Positions 55,150 to 64,000 of a stretch of 64,000 nucleotides of DNA are shown here, piece by piece; within the stretch, counting starts at the first letter, position 1; every line of letters begins with the position of its first letter. The stretch comes from Candidatus Eiseniibacteriota bacterium (GTDB lineage Bacteria; Eisenbacteria; RBG-16-71-46): NCBI GenBank assembly GCA_963707915.1, contig OY970178.1, positions 2,496,001-2,560,000 on the forward strand. The letters are read 5' to 3'. The notes under the pieces are model-generated. The model was not told where the DNA came from, searched no databases, and saw only the letters and a list, made by a program, of their open reading frames with translations. A program made the position numbers and the translations under genes.

Positions 55150-57123
55150 TCAGGCCGGCTCGACCGTACGCGCCGGCTCGCCCGCGCGCTCCAGCTCCTC
55201 GATCCAGGACCGCAACAGCTCGGCCGCCGCGAGCGTCGAAGCCGGGTCGCCGAGGGGCTCGGCGCGCGAACCGTCCGCGCTCACCCGCAGCGTCGCCGGC
55301 ACGTGGCCGGCGGCGCGTCCCGCCGCCCGCACCGCGTCGAGCCAGCCGCGGGCGCGGACCTGCGCCTCGGGGCTGCGCCCGTGGACCCTCAGGAAGGCGG
55401 CGACGAAGGCGCCCAGCGACGCGACCGAGACCCGCTCGCTGCCGGGCGCCTCCCGCAGGCCCCAGGGCGTGAGCAGCTCGCGCTCGAGCGTGGCGACCAG
55501 GCGCGCGGCGCGCTCGGGAGGCAGCAGCGCGGGCGGCAGGCTCACCGCCAGCGCCTGCGAGGGCGAGAGGCCGCGCACCACCCCGCCGGGTCCGAGCGCC
55601 TCGTGCAGCCGGTCGTTCTCGTCGTCCCAGAAGGCGTCGCCGAAGAGCTTCTGGTGTTCGTGCGCCCACGCCAGGTAGAAGGCGCCGGTCTCCCGGCGCG
55701 AGAGCAGGCGTGACAGCTGCGCCATCGCCACCATCGCGTGGTACCAGAGCGCGTTCAGGTCCGCGCGCGCCACGCCGTCCACCGCGAGCAGGCCCTCGCC
55801 GTTCACGCGCACGGCGTGGCGCGTGCCCTGCCGCAGCGCCTGCATCACGCCCTCGAGCGCCGGGTAGAGCGTCTCGGCCAGGAAGGCGCTGTCGGCGCTG
55901 CGCCGCGCGTAGAGATCGGCGCCGGCGACCAGCCAGAGCGAGGGCGCCGGGCTGCCGTAGCGCGGGCGTCCGTCCGCGGCGTCGAACGCCTCGGGAGCCA
56001 GGCCCTCGTCGAGGTACTCGACGTAGCCACGCAGGATGTCGCGCGCCAGGTCGAAGCCGCGCAGGCTCACCAGCGCCTGCACCGCCTGCAGCGCGTCGGC
56101 GCCCCGCTCCTCGCCCGGCGGGAGCGTGGCGGCCAGCGTGCGGCGCTGCCCGCGGCGCACGAGCCCGGCGCGCAGCGCGAGCGCCAGCTCCACGGCGACC
56201 CGGTCCTGCTCGTCCACCATCGGCTCGCGCCGCCGGGCCGCCTCGGCGGCCGCGCCGCCGTGCGCGGTGGCCGCCTGCCGCGCGGTGAAGTCGGCGCCCG
56301 CGACCGCCGTGCGCCGCCAGCGGTCGAGCCGCGCACGTTCGTCCAGGTCGAGCTCGGCCACGCAGCCCGCGAGCGTGTGCGGGGGCGGCGTGCCGAGGCG
56401 TCCGGTGGCCGCCAGCGCCTTGAAGAGCGCGTCCTCGGCGGCGAAGACCAGGTGGAACGGGTGACCCGGCGAGAGTTGTCCCTCCGCGTGGCCCGGCACC
56501 AGCGCGTCCTCGCGCGCGCCGCCGGCCTCGTCGCCCGGGTACTCGATGTCCCGCACCCAGACGCGCGCGGGCAGGAACGTGCCGTTGTGCCAGAGCGTGA
56601 GCGTCGGCGCCCACGACGTGAGCTGGATGCGCACGCGCCCGGGGATGCCCTGGACGGCTCCGAGGAGCTTCGTGCCCGGGCGGGGGGGCTGGTCGAGGCC
56701 GCGCGCCACGCAGAGCGGGCTCGCCGCGAGGTGCAGGATGGGGCCCGAGAGGTGGTGGTAGCTGACGACCACCGCGTCGTGCCCCGAGAGCGCGAAGATC
56801 GATTTCTCGAAGACCGTGCCGCCCGCGCTCCAGCGCCAGGTGGGCCACGGGGCGACCCGGAACTCCTCGAGCCGGACCTGGTCCCGCTTCCGGGGGCGCC
56901 GGCCGGCGAGCTCGAAGCTCCCGGCCTCGCCGCTCACGCGCTCGTCGAGCCGGAGCAGGAGCGCGGTCGGCCGCCCGAGCGCGCCGGCCACCAGCAGCGC
57001 CTGCGTGCTGCGCGTCGGCACTCCCGAGGCGCAGCCCGAGCACGAGCCGCCGAGGCCGTTCGCGAACAGCCACTCGGCGGACGGGGTCCGCGGGTCCGCG
57101 GGGACATCCTGTCCGGGACGCAT
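55150..57123 (-). CDS. Glycogen debranching enzyme-like (amylo-alpha-1,6-glucosidase) protein, degenerate
   Basis: EWLFANGLGG N-terminal domain, LNALWYHA, ELLTPWGLR. Confidence 0.75.
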   Translation of the reverse strand: MRPGQDVPADPRTPSAEWLFANGLGGSCSGCASGVPTRSTQALLVAGALGRPTALLLRLDERVSGEAGSFELAGRRPRKRDQVRLEEFRVAPWPTWRWSAGGTVFEKSIFALSGHDAVVVSYHHLSGPILHLAASPLCVARGLDQPPRPGTKLLGAVQGIPGRVRIQLTSWAPTLTLWHNGTFLPARVWVRDIEYPGDEAGGAREDALVPGHAEGQLSPGHPFHLVFAAEDALFKALAATGRLGTPPPHTLAGCVAELDLDERARLDRWRRTAVAGADFTARQAATAHGGAAAEAARRREPMVDEQDRVAVELALALRAGLVRRGQRRTLAATLPPGEERGADALQAVQALVSLRGFDLARDILRGYVEYLDEGLAPEAFDAADGRPRYGSPAPSLWLVAGADLYARRSADSAFLAETLYPALEGVMQALRQGTRHAVRVNGEGLLAVDGVARADLNALWYHAMVAMAQLSRLLSRRETGAFYLAWAHEHQKLFGDAFWDDENDRLHEALGPGGVVRGLSPSQALAVSLPPALLPPERAARLVATLERELLTPWGLREAPGSERVSVASLGAFVAAFLRVHGRSPEAQVRARGWLDAVRAAGRAAGHVPATLRVSADGSRAEPLGDPASTLAAAELLRSWIEELERAGEPARTVEPA

Positions 57124-57190
57124 GAGGCGCGAAGATAGCGGGTTGTCCCGCGGCGGCAAAGCGGCACGACCCGGGCGGGCCGGCCCCGGG

Positions 57191-58366
57191 CTACAGCACC
57201 GCCGGCCGGCGGATCACGCCGGAGAGCGGCGCGAGGTCCACGCCGCCGAGCCGCTTGACCGTCGTCGCGCGCCGGAGCCACTCGCGCGTCAGCGGGGTGA
57301 CGCGCACCCAGACCGCCGTGCGCTCCCGCTCCCGCGCGCGCTCGAGGATCTCGCCCCAGCGCTGATCGAGCGCCTTCGGCGTCTTCGCCCGCGCCTCCGC
57401 GTCGAGCACGGCATCGGGCTCGTCGTAGATCACGCCCATGTCCGCCGCCAGCGACCGGCACACCGCGCCCGCGGCGGGCTGGGCGTGGATGAACGGCAGG
57501 TGCCGGCGCCTGAGCTCCCGGTAGACGGCGCCCATCAGGGTCATGTCCTGCGTGGCGAGCGAGCCCATGTGGTTCGCGACCCCCACCACCGGGCCCGACC
57601 GGTCCAGCCAGCGGCGCACGGTGCCGGTCGCGCGATCCGGCTTCATCGTGACCAGCAGCGTGCCCGGCCCCGGGTTGAGCTGCGGGTAGTTGACCGGCTC
57701 GAGCGGGATGTGGAGCACCACCTCGCGGCCGCTGGCGTGGGCCGCGCGGAACATCGCGCCGCTCGATTTCGTGTCCGGCGCGAGCGCGACCGCGAACGGC
57801 ACGGGCAGGTCGAAGACGCGCCGCGCCGCGTCCAGGTCGTCGCCGAAGCCGAAGAGCACCAGGGCGAGCCGGGGCGCCGGCCGCTCGGCCGGCGCCTCGG
57901 GGAGCGCGCCGCGCACCAGCAGCAACTCGTGCAGGCCGCGCTTCGGCAGCCCCACGAGCAGCGCCAGCCGCGCCTCGCCGCGCGCGCCCGTGGTCTCGCG
58001 TCCCGCCAGCACGACGCCGCCCAGGTCCTGGACGCGGCGGCTCACCGCGTAGTTCGCCTGGAAGACCGAAGCGTCGGGGCGGAGCCCCACGCGCCAGCGC
58101 ACCGCGTCCGTACCGCCGCGGAAGACGCCTTCGCGCACGCTGTCGGCGGACACGCCCGCGGCGGCCAGGCCGTCACGGATCTCGCGGGCGAAGAGCGCGA
58201 CCACGCGATCGTCGTCGCCGAGCCCCCAGCGGGCCAGCATCACGCGCCCCGGGTCCGAGCGCGCCAGGCGCCAGGCCTCGGCGCCCAGCACGAGCAGCAG
58301 GGCGGAAACGGCGAGCACGACGAGCGTGCGCGGCAGGGCGGATGATCGGCGCTTTCGCTTGGGCAT
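57191..58366 (-). CDS. Divergent polysaccharide deacetylase family (YibQ-like)
   Basis: N-terminal TM; LHIPLEP, NPGPGTL, GVANHMGS. Confidence 0.85.
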   Translation of the reverse strand: MPKRKRRSSALPRTLVVLAVSALLLVLGAEAWRLARSDPGRVMLARWGLGDDDRVVALFAREIRDGLAAAGVSADSVREGVFRGGTDAVRWRVGLRPDASVFQANYAVSRRVQDLGGVVLAGRETTGARGEARLALLVGLPKRGLHELLLVRGALPEAPAERPAPRLALVLFGFGDDLDAARRVFDLPVPFAVALAPDTKSSGAMFRAAHASGREVVLHIPLEPVNYPQLNPGPGTLLVTMKPDRATGTVRRWLDRSGPVVGVANHMGSLATQDMTLMGAVYRELRRRHLPFIHAQPAAGAVCRSLAADMGVIYDEPDAVLDAEARAKTPKALDQRWGEILERARERERTAVWVRVTPLTREWLRRATTVKRLGGVDLAPLSGVIRRPAVL

Positions 58367-58470
58367 GGGAGGGGTTGACCGGCGCCACGTTAGGGGCGTG
58401 CCACGGGTTCGTCAACGGACGATGAAACGTTGCCCGCCGGAGCGGACGGGCGCCCGTCGGCTCCGCGGAT

Positions 58471-58508
58471 TTACAGTTGTGTGACACCGCCGGGCGGGTC
58501 CGGTGACA
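58471..58508. promoter_or_regulatory. OmpR/PhoB-type tandem direct-repeat binding site
   Basis: TTACA 58471, TGACA 58482 and TGACA 58504 on an 11-bp phase. Confidence 0.55.
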
Positions 58509-58599
58509 CGCTGTTCATGCAGTCAGACCCGCCTGCTGGCTGGCCCGGTGTCCCGGGCATGGCCCGTGGCGGACCCGTCGTCCCCGGGAGATCCGCACC

Positions 58600-59154
58600 A
58601 TGAAGGACCGACTCCTCCGCGTCGCCGCACTCGTTCTGTTCGCGGCCGGGGCCTGGACGACGGCCTGGGCCGGCGTGGACCGCTGCTGCCCCCACCGCCC
58701 GGCCCGGGCGGGCATCGTGCGCACCGGGGGCATCATCGGAGCCCCGCGCGGCGCCGACGGGGCCCCGGTGGTCGAGCCCTGCGCCGCCTGCGACGACTGG
58801 GAGCTCTGCGCGCGCGAACTGGAGAACGTCGGCGCCAGCATGCAGGTGATGGCCTTGCGCAACGGCGTCATGCGGGTCTTCACCGCCAGCACGCCCGCCG
58901 GGGTGCGGGTGGTGCAGGCCGCGCTGGGCCTCCACTACGAGCGCATGAGCGCGTTGATCACGGCCGGAGATGCGGTCCGACTCTGCCCCCAGTGCCGGGT
59001 CATGCGGGGGGCGGCCGCGAGCGGGAAGCTGGCGCGGGAGATCATCAAGATCGACGGCGGCTGCATCACGCTGACGACCTCGACCGACCCCGCCATCGTG
59101 GCGAAGATCCACGCCGAGACCGGGATCGCCACCCCGGTCACGCCGAAGCTCTGA
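58600..59154 (+). CDS. Secreted Cys-rich protein with two CxxC-led internal repeats
   Basis: GGGAG RBS; signal peptide; CCPH, CAAC, CPQC. Confidence 0.7.
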   Translation: MKDRLLRVAALVLFAAGAWTTAWAGVDRCCPHRPARAGIVRTGGIIGAPRGADGAPVVEPCAACDDWELCARELENVGASMQVMALRNGVMRVFTASTPAGVRVVQAALGLHYERMSALITAGDAVRLCPQCRVMRGAAASGKLAREIIKIDGGCITLTTSTDPAIVAKIHAETGIATPVTPKL

Positions 59155-59278
59155 GAACTCCCGGCCCGTCGTGAGGCCAGGCTCGGGGGACCGGACGCGG
59201 GGCTCGATCGCCGGCGCCGGAAACTCCTGCCGCCCCGGACGTTGCCGCGTCGGGGCCCAGGGATTACGCTGCTAGGCC

Positions 59279-60874
59279 ATGGCCGTCCCCTCGCTCCGTA
59301 CCCGCGTGAGCCGGCGCGCGCTCGTCCTCGTCGGTCTCGGGGTGGCGCTCCCCGCCATCCTGCTCGCCGGCCTCGGCATCTACCTGACCTCGCGCATCGC
59401 CCGCGTGGTCGAGGACGAGAGCGCGCGCTACAACAGCTATATCGCGCTGCAGGTGGGCGAGGCCTTCGAGCGCGAGCTGCTCGCCGAGCTGCGGCGCGCC
59501 ATCCCGCTGGCCGAGAACGCGGCCCGCCTGGGCGCCGACTCGGCCACCGTGCTCGAGGCGCTGCGCCTGGGCGGGCGCGAGTTCTCGGCCCCCCACTTCG
59601 TGTCCGAGACCGAGCTGCCGGGCACCACCGGCCTGATCGTCGAGTCCACCGCGTTGCTCTACGCCCGCGGCGAGGGCCCGCGCCGGGTCCGCATGTTCGC
59701 CGGTCTCCTGCTGCCCGGCCCGCAGGGCGAGGTGCGAGGGGCGGGCGGGTGGTGGTTCGAGCCGCGCCGCTTCCTGCTGGCGCACTTCGAGGACGTGGTC
59801 CAGGACCGGCTCCCGGAGAACCCGCGGCTCTACGGCGGCCGGGTCTCCACGCGTCGCCTGAGCGTGTCCCTGCTCGGGCCCTTCGGCGAGGAGCTGCTGC
59901 GCGTGCGCCAGCCGGGCCACGCCCGCAGCGCGCAGGTCGAGCCCCTGGGCGGCCCCTTCGAGAACTACGCCATCCGCGTCGCCCCCGCGCTCGGGGCGCC
60001 GGCGGTCTGGGTCACGCGTTTCTTCGGGCTCATGATCGCCTTCATCGGGTTGATGGGCCTGGCGACCGTGGTGGCGGCGCTGGCCGGGTTGATGTACGCC
60101 TCGCGGCAGCTCGAGCTGGCCCAGCTCAAGACCAGCTTCGTCTCGAACGTGACGCACGAGCTGAAGACCCCGATCGCGCTCATCCGGCTGGCCGCCGAGA
60201 CCCTCGAGCTGCGCCGCTTTTCGACCCCGGAGGAGGGTCAGGCCTTCCTGGGCAGCATCGTGCGCGAGACCGGCCGGCTCCAGCAGCTGGTGGACAACAT
60301 CCTGGACTTCGCCCGGCTGGAGGCCGGCCAGACGGTGTTCCGCTTCGAAGCGGTAGACCTGACCGCGATTGTGAGGGAGACTGTCGAGGACTTCAGGCCG
60401 CGGCTCGATCAGAAGGGGTTCCGGATCGAGTTCGACCTGCCGGAGGGCCTGCCGCCGGTGCGGGGCGACCGCGTCATGCTCCAGCACTGCGTGCTCAACC
60501 TGCTCGACAACGCGCTCAAGTACTCCCGCACGGAGCGCCAGGTGAGCGTGTCGGTCCGGGCGCGCCCCGGCGCGGCGGCGGTCTCGGTGACGGACCACGG
60601 CATCGGCATCGCCCCGGAGGACCAGAAGCGCGTGTTCGAGAAGTTCGTCCGAGTGGAGGCCGGGCTCGTCCACGACGTGAAGGGCGCGGGCCTGGGATTG
60701 TCGCTGGTGCAGCAGATCGTGCGCGCGCACGGCGGGCGCGTGGAGCTCGAAAGCAACCCGGGCGAAGGCAGCACCTTCACGCTGGTGCTGCCCCTCGCGG
60801 ACGGGACCGAGGCCCCCCGCCGGGGTGCCCGGCACGCACGCCCGACGGATCCCGGAAAGGAGACGGCAACATGA
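59279..60874 (+). CDS. Sensor histidine kinase (HisKA)
   Basis: Two TM helices; VTHELKTP, NLLDNALKY, DHGIGI, GAGLGL. Confidence 0.95.
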   Translation: MAVPSLRTRVSRRALVLVGLGVALPAILLAGLGIYLTSRIARVVEDESARYNSYIALQVGEAFERELLAELRRAIPLAENAARLGADSATVLEALRLGGREFSAPHFVSETELPGTTGLIVESTALLYARGEGPRRVRMFAGLLLPGPQGEVRGAGGWWFEPRRFLLAHFEDVVQDRLPENPRLYGGRVSTRRLSVSLLGPFGEELLRVRQPGHARSAQVEPLGGPFENYAIRVAPALGAPAVWVTRFFGLMIAFIGLMGLATVVAALAGLMYASRQLELAQLKTSFVSNVTHELKTPIALIRLAAETLELRRFSTPEEGQAFLGSIVRETGRLQQLVDNILDFARLEAGQTVFRFEAVDLTAIVRETVEDFRPRLDQKGFRIEFDLPEGLPPVRGDRVMLQHCVLNLLDNALKYSRTERQVSVSVRARPGAAAVSVTDHGIGIAPEDQKRVFEKFVRVEAGLVHDVKGAGLGLSLVQQIVRAHGGRVELESNPGEGSTFTLVLPLADGTEAPRRGARHARPTDPGKETAT

Positions 60875-61566
60875 CGAAGAGAGTCCTGATCGTCGAGGAC
60901 GAGGAGGGCCTGCTCGAGGGCCTCGCCCACAACTTCAAGTACGAGGGCTACGAGGTGCTCACGGCGAAGAACGGCCAGGAGGGTCTGCGCACCGCCCTCA
61001 AGCAGAAGCCGGACCTGGTGATCCTCGACATCATGTTGCCGGAGAAGGACGGCTTCACCGTGCTGAAGGAGTTGCGCCAGCGGCACCGCGACATCCCCGT
61101 GCTGGTGATGACCGCGCGCAACTTCGAGGCCGACGTGATCAAGGGCTTCGACCTCGGCGCGGACGACTACGTCACCAAGCCCTTCGGCATCAAGGAGCTG
61201 ATGGCGCGCGCCAAGCGGCTCATGGCGCGCGGGCCGTCGGGCGCCCCGGCCCCCGGGCCGACCGTCTACAAGTTCGGCGACGTCGAGGTGCGCCTCGAGC
61301 CGCGCGAGGTCCACAAGGCCGGCGTGCAGACCGCGATCTCGTTCAAGGAATTCGAGCTGCTCAAGTACCTGATCGAGCACCGCGGCCGCACCGTGTCGCG
61401 CGAGGAGCTGCTCGAGGAGATCTGGGGCGTGGACGAGGAGCTGGGCGTGACGACGCGCACCGTGGACACGCACGTCTCGAACCTGCGCTCCAAGCTCGGC
61501 GCCGGCTTCGCCCAGCCCTTCATCGTGGCGGTGCACAAGGTCGGCTACAAGTTCGTGGAGCCCTGA
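60871..61566 (+). CDS. OmpR/PhoB family response regulator
   Basis: VEDE, LDIMLP, DDYVTKPF, RTVDTHV, VGYKF; ATGA overlap with the kinase. Confidence 0.95.
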   Translation: MTKRVLIVEDEEGLLEGLAHNFKYEGYEVLTAKNGQEGLRTALKQKPDLVILDIMLPEKDGFTVLKELRQRHRDIPVLVMTARNFEADVIKGFDLGADDYVTKPFGIKELMARAKRLMARGPSGAPAPGPTVYKFGDVEVRLEPREVHKAGVQTAISFKEFELLKYLIEHRGRTVSREELLEEIWGVDEELGVTTRTVDTHVSNLRSKLGAGFAQPFIVAVHKVGYKFVEP

Positions 61567-61588
61567 CCCGCGCCGCGAACGGTGTTCC

Positions 61589-61624
61589 GCGCGAAGGCCC
61601 GGCCCGGAGGCCGGGCCTTCGCGC
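61589..61624. terminator. GC-rich hairpin between convergent genes
   Basis: GCGCGAAGGCCCGGCC-CGGA-GGCCGGGCCTTCGCGC 16-bp perfect stem; no U tract. Confidence 0.6.
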
Positions 61625-61668
61625 TCCCCGGACACCGCGACCACTCCCCGGCGGCCGGCGGGCCGTAC

Positions 61669-62616
61669 TCAACCCTCGTCGTCGCCTTCCTCGCCGCCCC
61701 CGAGGCGCGCGGCGGCCCGCGCCAGCTTCGCGAACTCCTCGAGCGTGAGGGTCTCGCCGCGACGGCGGCCGTCGATGCCGGCGATGCGGCAGAGGCGCTC
61801 GATGCCCTCGCGACCGAGCGCGAGCGTCTCCTCCAGCGTGTTCGCGAGCTGCTTGCGGCGCATGTGGAACGAGCCGCGGATGATGCGGAAGAGCAGCGTC
61901 TCGTCGGCCTCGACCGGCGGCCGCTCCCGCAGGAAGAAGCGCACCAGCGTGCTGTCCACGTCGGGGCGGGGCCAGAACGCCGAGGCCCGCACCGACAGGA
62001 GCGGTTCCAGCAATGCGTGGTAGCGCGCGAACAGCGTGAGCGAGCCGTACTCGGGCGTGCCCGCGGCGGCCGCGAGGCGCGCGGCGTACTCCTTCTGCAC
62101 CAGCAGCACGGCGCTCTTCACCGCGTGCTTCTGCTCGAAGATCCGTTCCAGCACCGGCGTGGTGATGTTGTAGGGGATGTTGCCCACCACCACCACGCGC
62201 TCGACGCCGTGGGCGCGGGCCGCCGCGGCCAGGTCGAACTCCAGGAAGTCGCCCTCGACCAGCTCGAGCTGGGGCAGCTCGGCCAGCTCCTCGCGCAGCA
62301 GCGCGGCGAGCCCGGCGTCCTTCTCGACCGCGATCAGCCTGCGCACGCGCGCCGCGAGGCGCTCGGTGAGCGCGCCGGCGCCGGGGCCGATCTCGACCGC
62401 GACGTCGTCCGCCTCGAGGCGGCAGTGCTCGACGATCCGGCGGGCGAGGTCCTCGTGCACGAGGAAGTTCTGGCCCATGCGCTTGAGCGGCGCGAGGCCG
62501 CGCTCGGCCAGGGCGTGCTTGACCCGCGCGAGCTCGCTGCCCTCGGCGGCGGCCCGCTCGCGCAGCCAGGCGGACGCGCGGGGGGTCCCGCGCACGGTGC
62601 GTTTCGGGGGGAACAT
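61669..62616 (-). CDS. rsmA: 16S rRNA adenine dimethyltransferase
   Basis: GQNFL, EIGPGAG, GNIPYNIT, FWPRPDVDS, RRKQL. Confidence 0.95.
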   Translation of the reverse strand: MFPPKRTVRGTPRASAWLRERAAAEGSELARVKHALAERGLAPLKRMGQNFLVHEDLARRIVEHCRLEADDVAVEIGPGAGALTERLAARVRRLIAVEKDAGLAALLREELAELPQLELVEGDFLEFDLAAAARAHGVERVVVVGNIPYNITTPVLERIFEQKHAVKSAVLLVQKEYAARLAAAAGTPEYGSLTLFARYHALLEPLLSVRASAFWPRPDVDSTLVRFFLRERPPVEADETLLFRIIRGSFHMRRKQLANTLEETLALGREGIERLCRIAGIDGRRRGETLTLEEFAKLARAAARLGGGEEGDDEG

Positions 62617-62699
62617 GCCCGCAGTGTACGGGCCCGGCGGGGCCGGGACCAGCGCGCCGGCGGCGGGCCCCCCGGGCGACTGTGATAGAGTCCGCGGCC

Positions 62700-64000
62700 G
62701 TGTTCTCCCGCCTGAAGCGTCTCGTCCTCGGCGCCCCGCGCGACCTGCGCGACCCGCGGACCTTCCACACCATCTCGCTGATCGCCCTGCTCGCCTGGGT
62801 CGGGCTCGGCGCCGACGGGCTCTCCTCCTCGTCCTACGGCCCGGACGAGGCGTTCCGCGCACTGGGGCAGCACCACTACCTCGCCCTGGCGCTGGCCGCG
62901 GCCACGGCGCTCACCGTGCTGGTCATCTCGGTGGCCTACTCGCAGATCATCGAGCACTTCCCGTTCGGCGGCGGCGGCTACGTGGTCGCCTCGCGCCTGC
63001 TCAGCCCCACCGCCGGCGTGGTGTCGGGCGCGGCCCTGCTGGTGGACTACGTCCTGACCATCGCGGTCTCGATCGCGGCGGGCGCCGACCAGATCTACTC
63101 GGTGCTGCCCCACGAGTGGGTGGCGACCAAGCTGCTGGTGGAGGCGCTGGTCATCGGCGTGCTGGTGCTGATGAACCTGCGCGGCGTCAAGGAGTCGGTC
63201 ACCATCCTGGCGCCGATCTTCGGCGTCTTCGTCCTCACCCACGCGATCCTCGTCTTCGGCGGCCTCGCGCAGCACGCCGGGCAGGTGCCGGCGGTCGCGC
63301 GCGACCTGCACCGCGAGTACCGCTCGGGGCTGGCGACGATCGGGCTGGCCGGCATGTTCGCCGTCTTCGTGAGGGCCTACTCGATGGGCGCCGGCACCTA
63401 CACCGGCATCGAGGCGGTCTCGAACGGCCTGCAGATCATGCGCGAGCCCCGGGTCCGCACCGCGCGCACCACGATGACCTACATGTCCATCTCGCTGGCG
63501 GTCACCGCCGCCGGCATCCTGGTCTGCTACCTGCTCTTCCACGTGACCCCCGAGCGCGGCCGGACCCTGAACGCGGTGCTGCTCTCGCGCTTCGCCGACG
63601 GCTGGCACCCGCTCGGCCTGCCGCTGGGGCACGGCTACGTCGTGCTCACGCTCGCCGCCGAGGCGGCGCTGCTGTTCGTCGCCGCGCAGACCGGCTTCAT
63701 CGACGGACCGCGCGTGATGGGCAACATGGCGACGGACTCCTGGCTCCCGCACCGCTTCGCCCAGCTCTCGAGCCAGCTGACCATGCAGAACGGCGTGGCG
63801 CTGATGGGCGCCGCCGCGATCGCGGTGCTGTTCTACACGCGCGGGAACGTCACCGCCCTGGTGGTGATGTACTCGATCAACGTGTTCGTGACCTTCTCCC
63901 TGTCGCAGCTGGGGATGCTGCGTTACTGGTGGCGGAAGCCCGGCCCGGGACGGCGGCGGGGCTTCGTCATCCACGGGGCCGCGCTGGTCCTGTGCCTCGC
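62700..64000 (+). CDS. APC-superfamily permease, KimA/YdaO-like K+ transporter (runs off the window)
   Basis: Not in the ORF track. Reads MFSRLKRLVLGAPRDL...GADGLSSSSYGPDE...FPFGGGGY...LLVDYVLT...NLRGVKES...TGIEAVSNG. Confidence 0.85.
   Translation, partial: MFSRLKRLVLGAPRDLRDPRTFHTISLIALLAWVGLGADGLSSSSYGPDEAFRALGQHHYLALALAAATALTVLVISVAYSQIIEHFPFGGGGYVVASRLLSPTAGVVSGAALLVDYVLTIAVSIAAGADQIYSVLPHEWVATKLLVEALVIGVLVLMNLRGVKESVTILAPIFGVFVLTHAILVFGGLAQHAGQVPAVARDLHREYRSGLATIGLAGMFAVFVRAYSMGAGTYTGIEAVSNGLQIMREPRVRTARTTMTYMSISLAVTAAGILVCYLLFHVTPERGRTLNAVLLSRFADGWHPLGLPLGHGYVVLTLAAEAALLFVAAQTGFIDGPRVMGNMATDSWLPHRFAQLSSQLTMQNGVALMGAAAIAVLFYTRGNVTALVVMYSINVFVTFSLSQLGMLRYWWRKPGPGRRRGFVIHGAALVLCL

Noticed and set aside
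49673..55678. 2001-aa ORF and many other long overlapping ORFs (e.g. 1128-4685, 16868-20161, 31197-33977, 50946-54785)
   Set aside because: Shadow frames typical of high-GC DNA: Arg/Ala/Gly/Pro-rich, motif-free and overlapping well-supported genes. Only the sub-segments called above are retained.

Overview
Very GC-rich (roughly 70-75% by eye) chromosomal segment of a diderm bacterium; the lineage cannot be fixed from sequence alone. It spans the replication origin: dnaA with DnaA-box clusters on both sides, then dnaN-dciA(DUF721)-gyrB-[beta-barrel gene]-gyrA, with no recF or rpmH in the window. Other core genes are groES-groEL (CIRCE-like operator), efp, a 903-aa GreA, rho (split by a +1 frameshift and lacking the OB-fold RNA-binding domain), rsmA, arfB, thiL, ogt and a PduO-type adenosyltransferase. 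It also holds a wzm/wzt/WbdA-like surface-polysaccharide cluster, several outer-membrane or secreted proteins, an OmpR-type two-component system and a partial KimA-like APC transporter. I saw no tRNA, rRNA, CRISPR array, transposase or integrase. Most notable: three promoter-bearing, highly structured intergenic ncRNA candidates; five full-length proteins with replaced catalytic residues (sigma54 activator, LexA/CI-like repressor, alpha/beta hydrolase, aspartyl protease, debranching enzyme); an EF-P with Asn at the loop tip; a Pho-box-like array upstream of a twin-CxxC secreted protein; and many apparently leaderless genes. Family calls come from motif recognition, not database searches.
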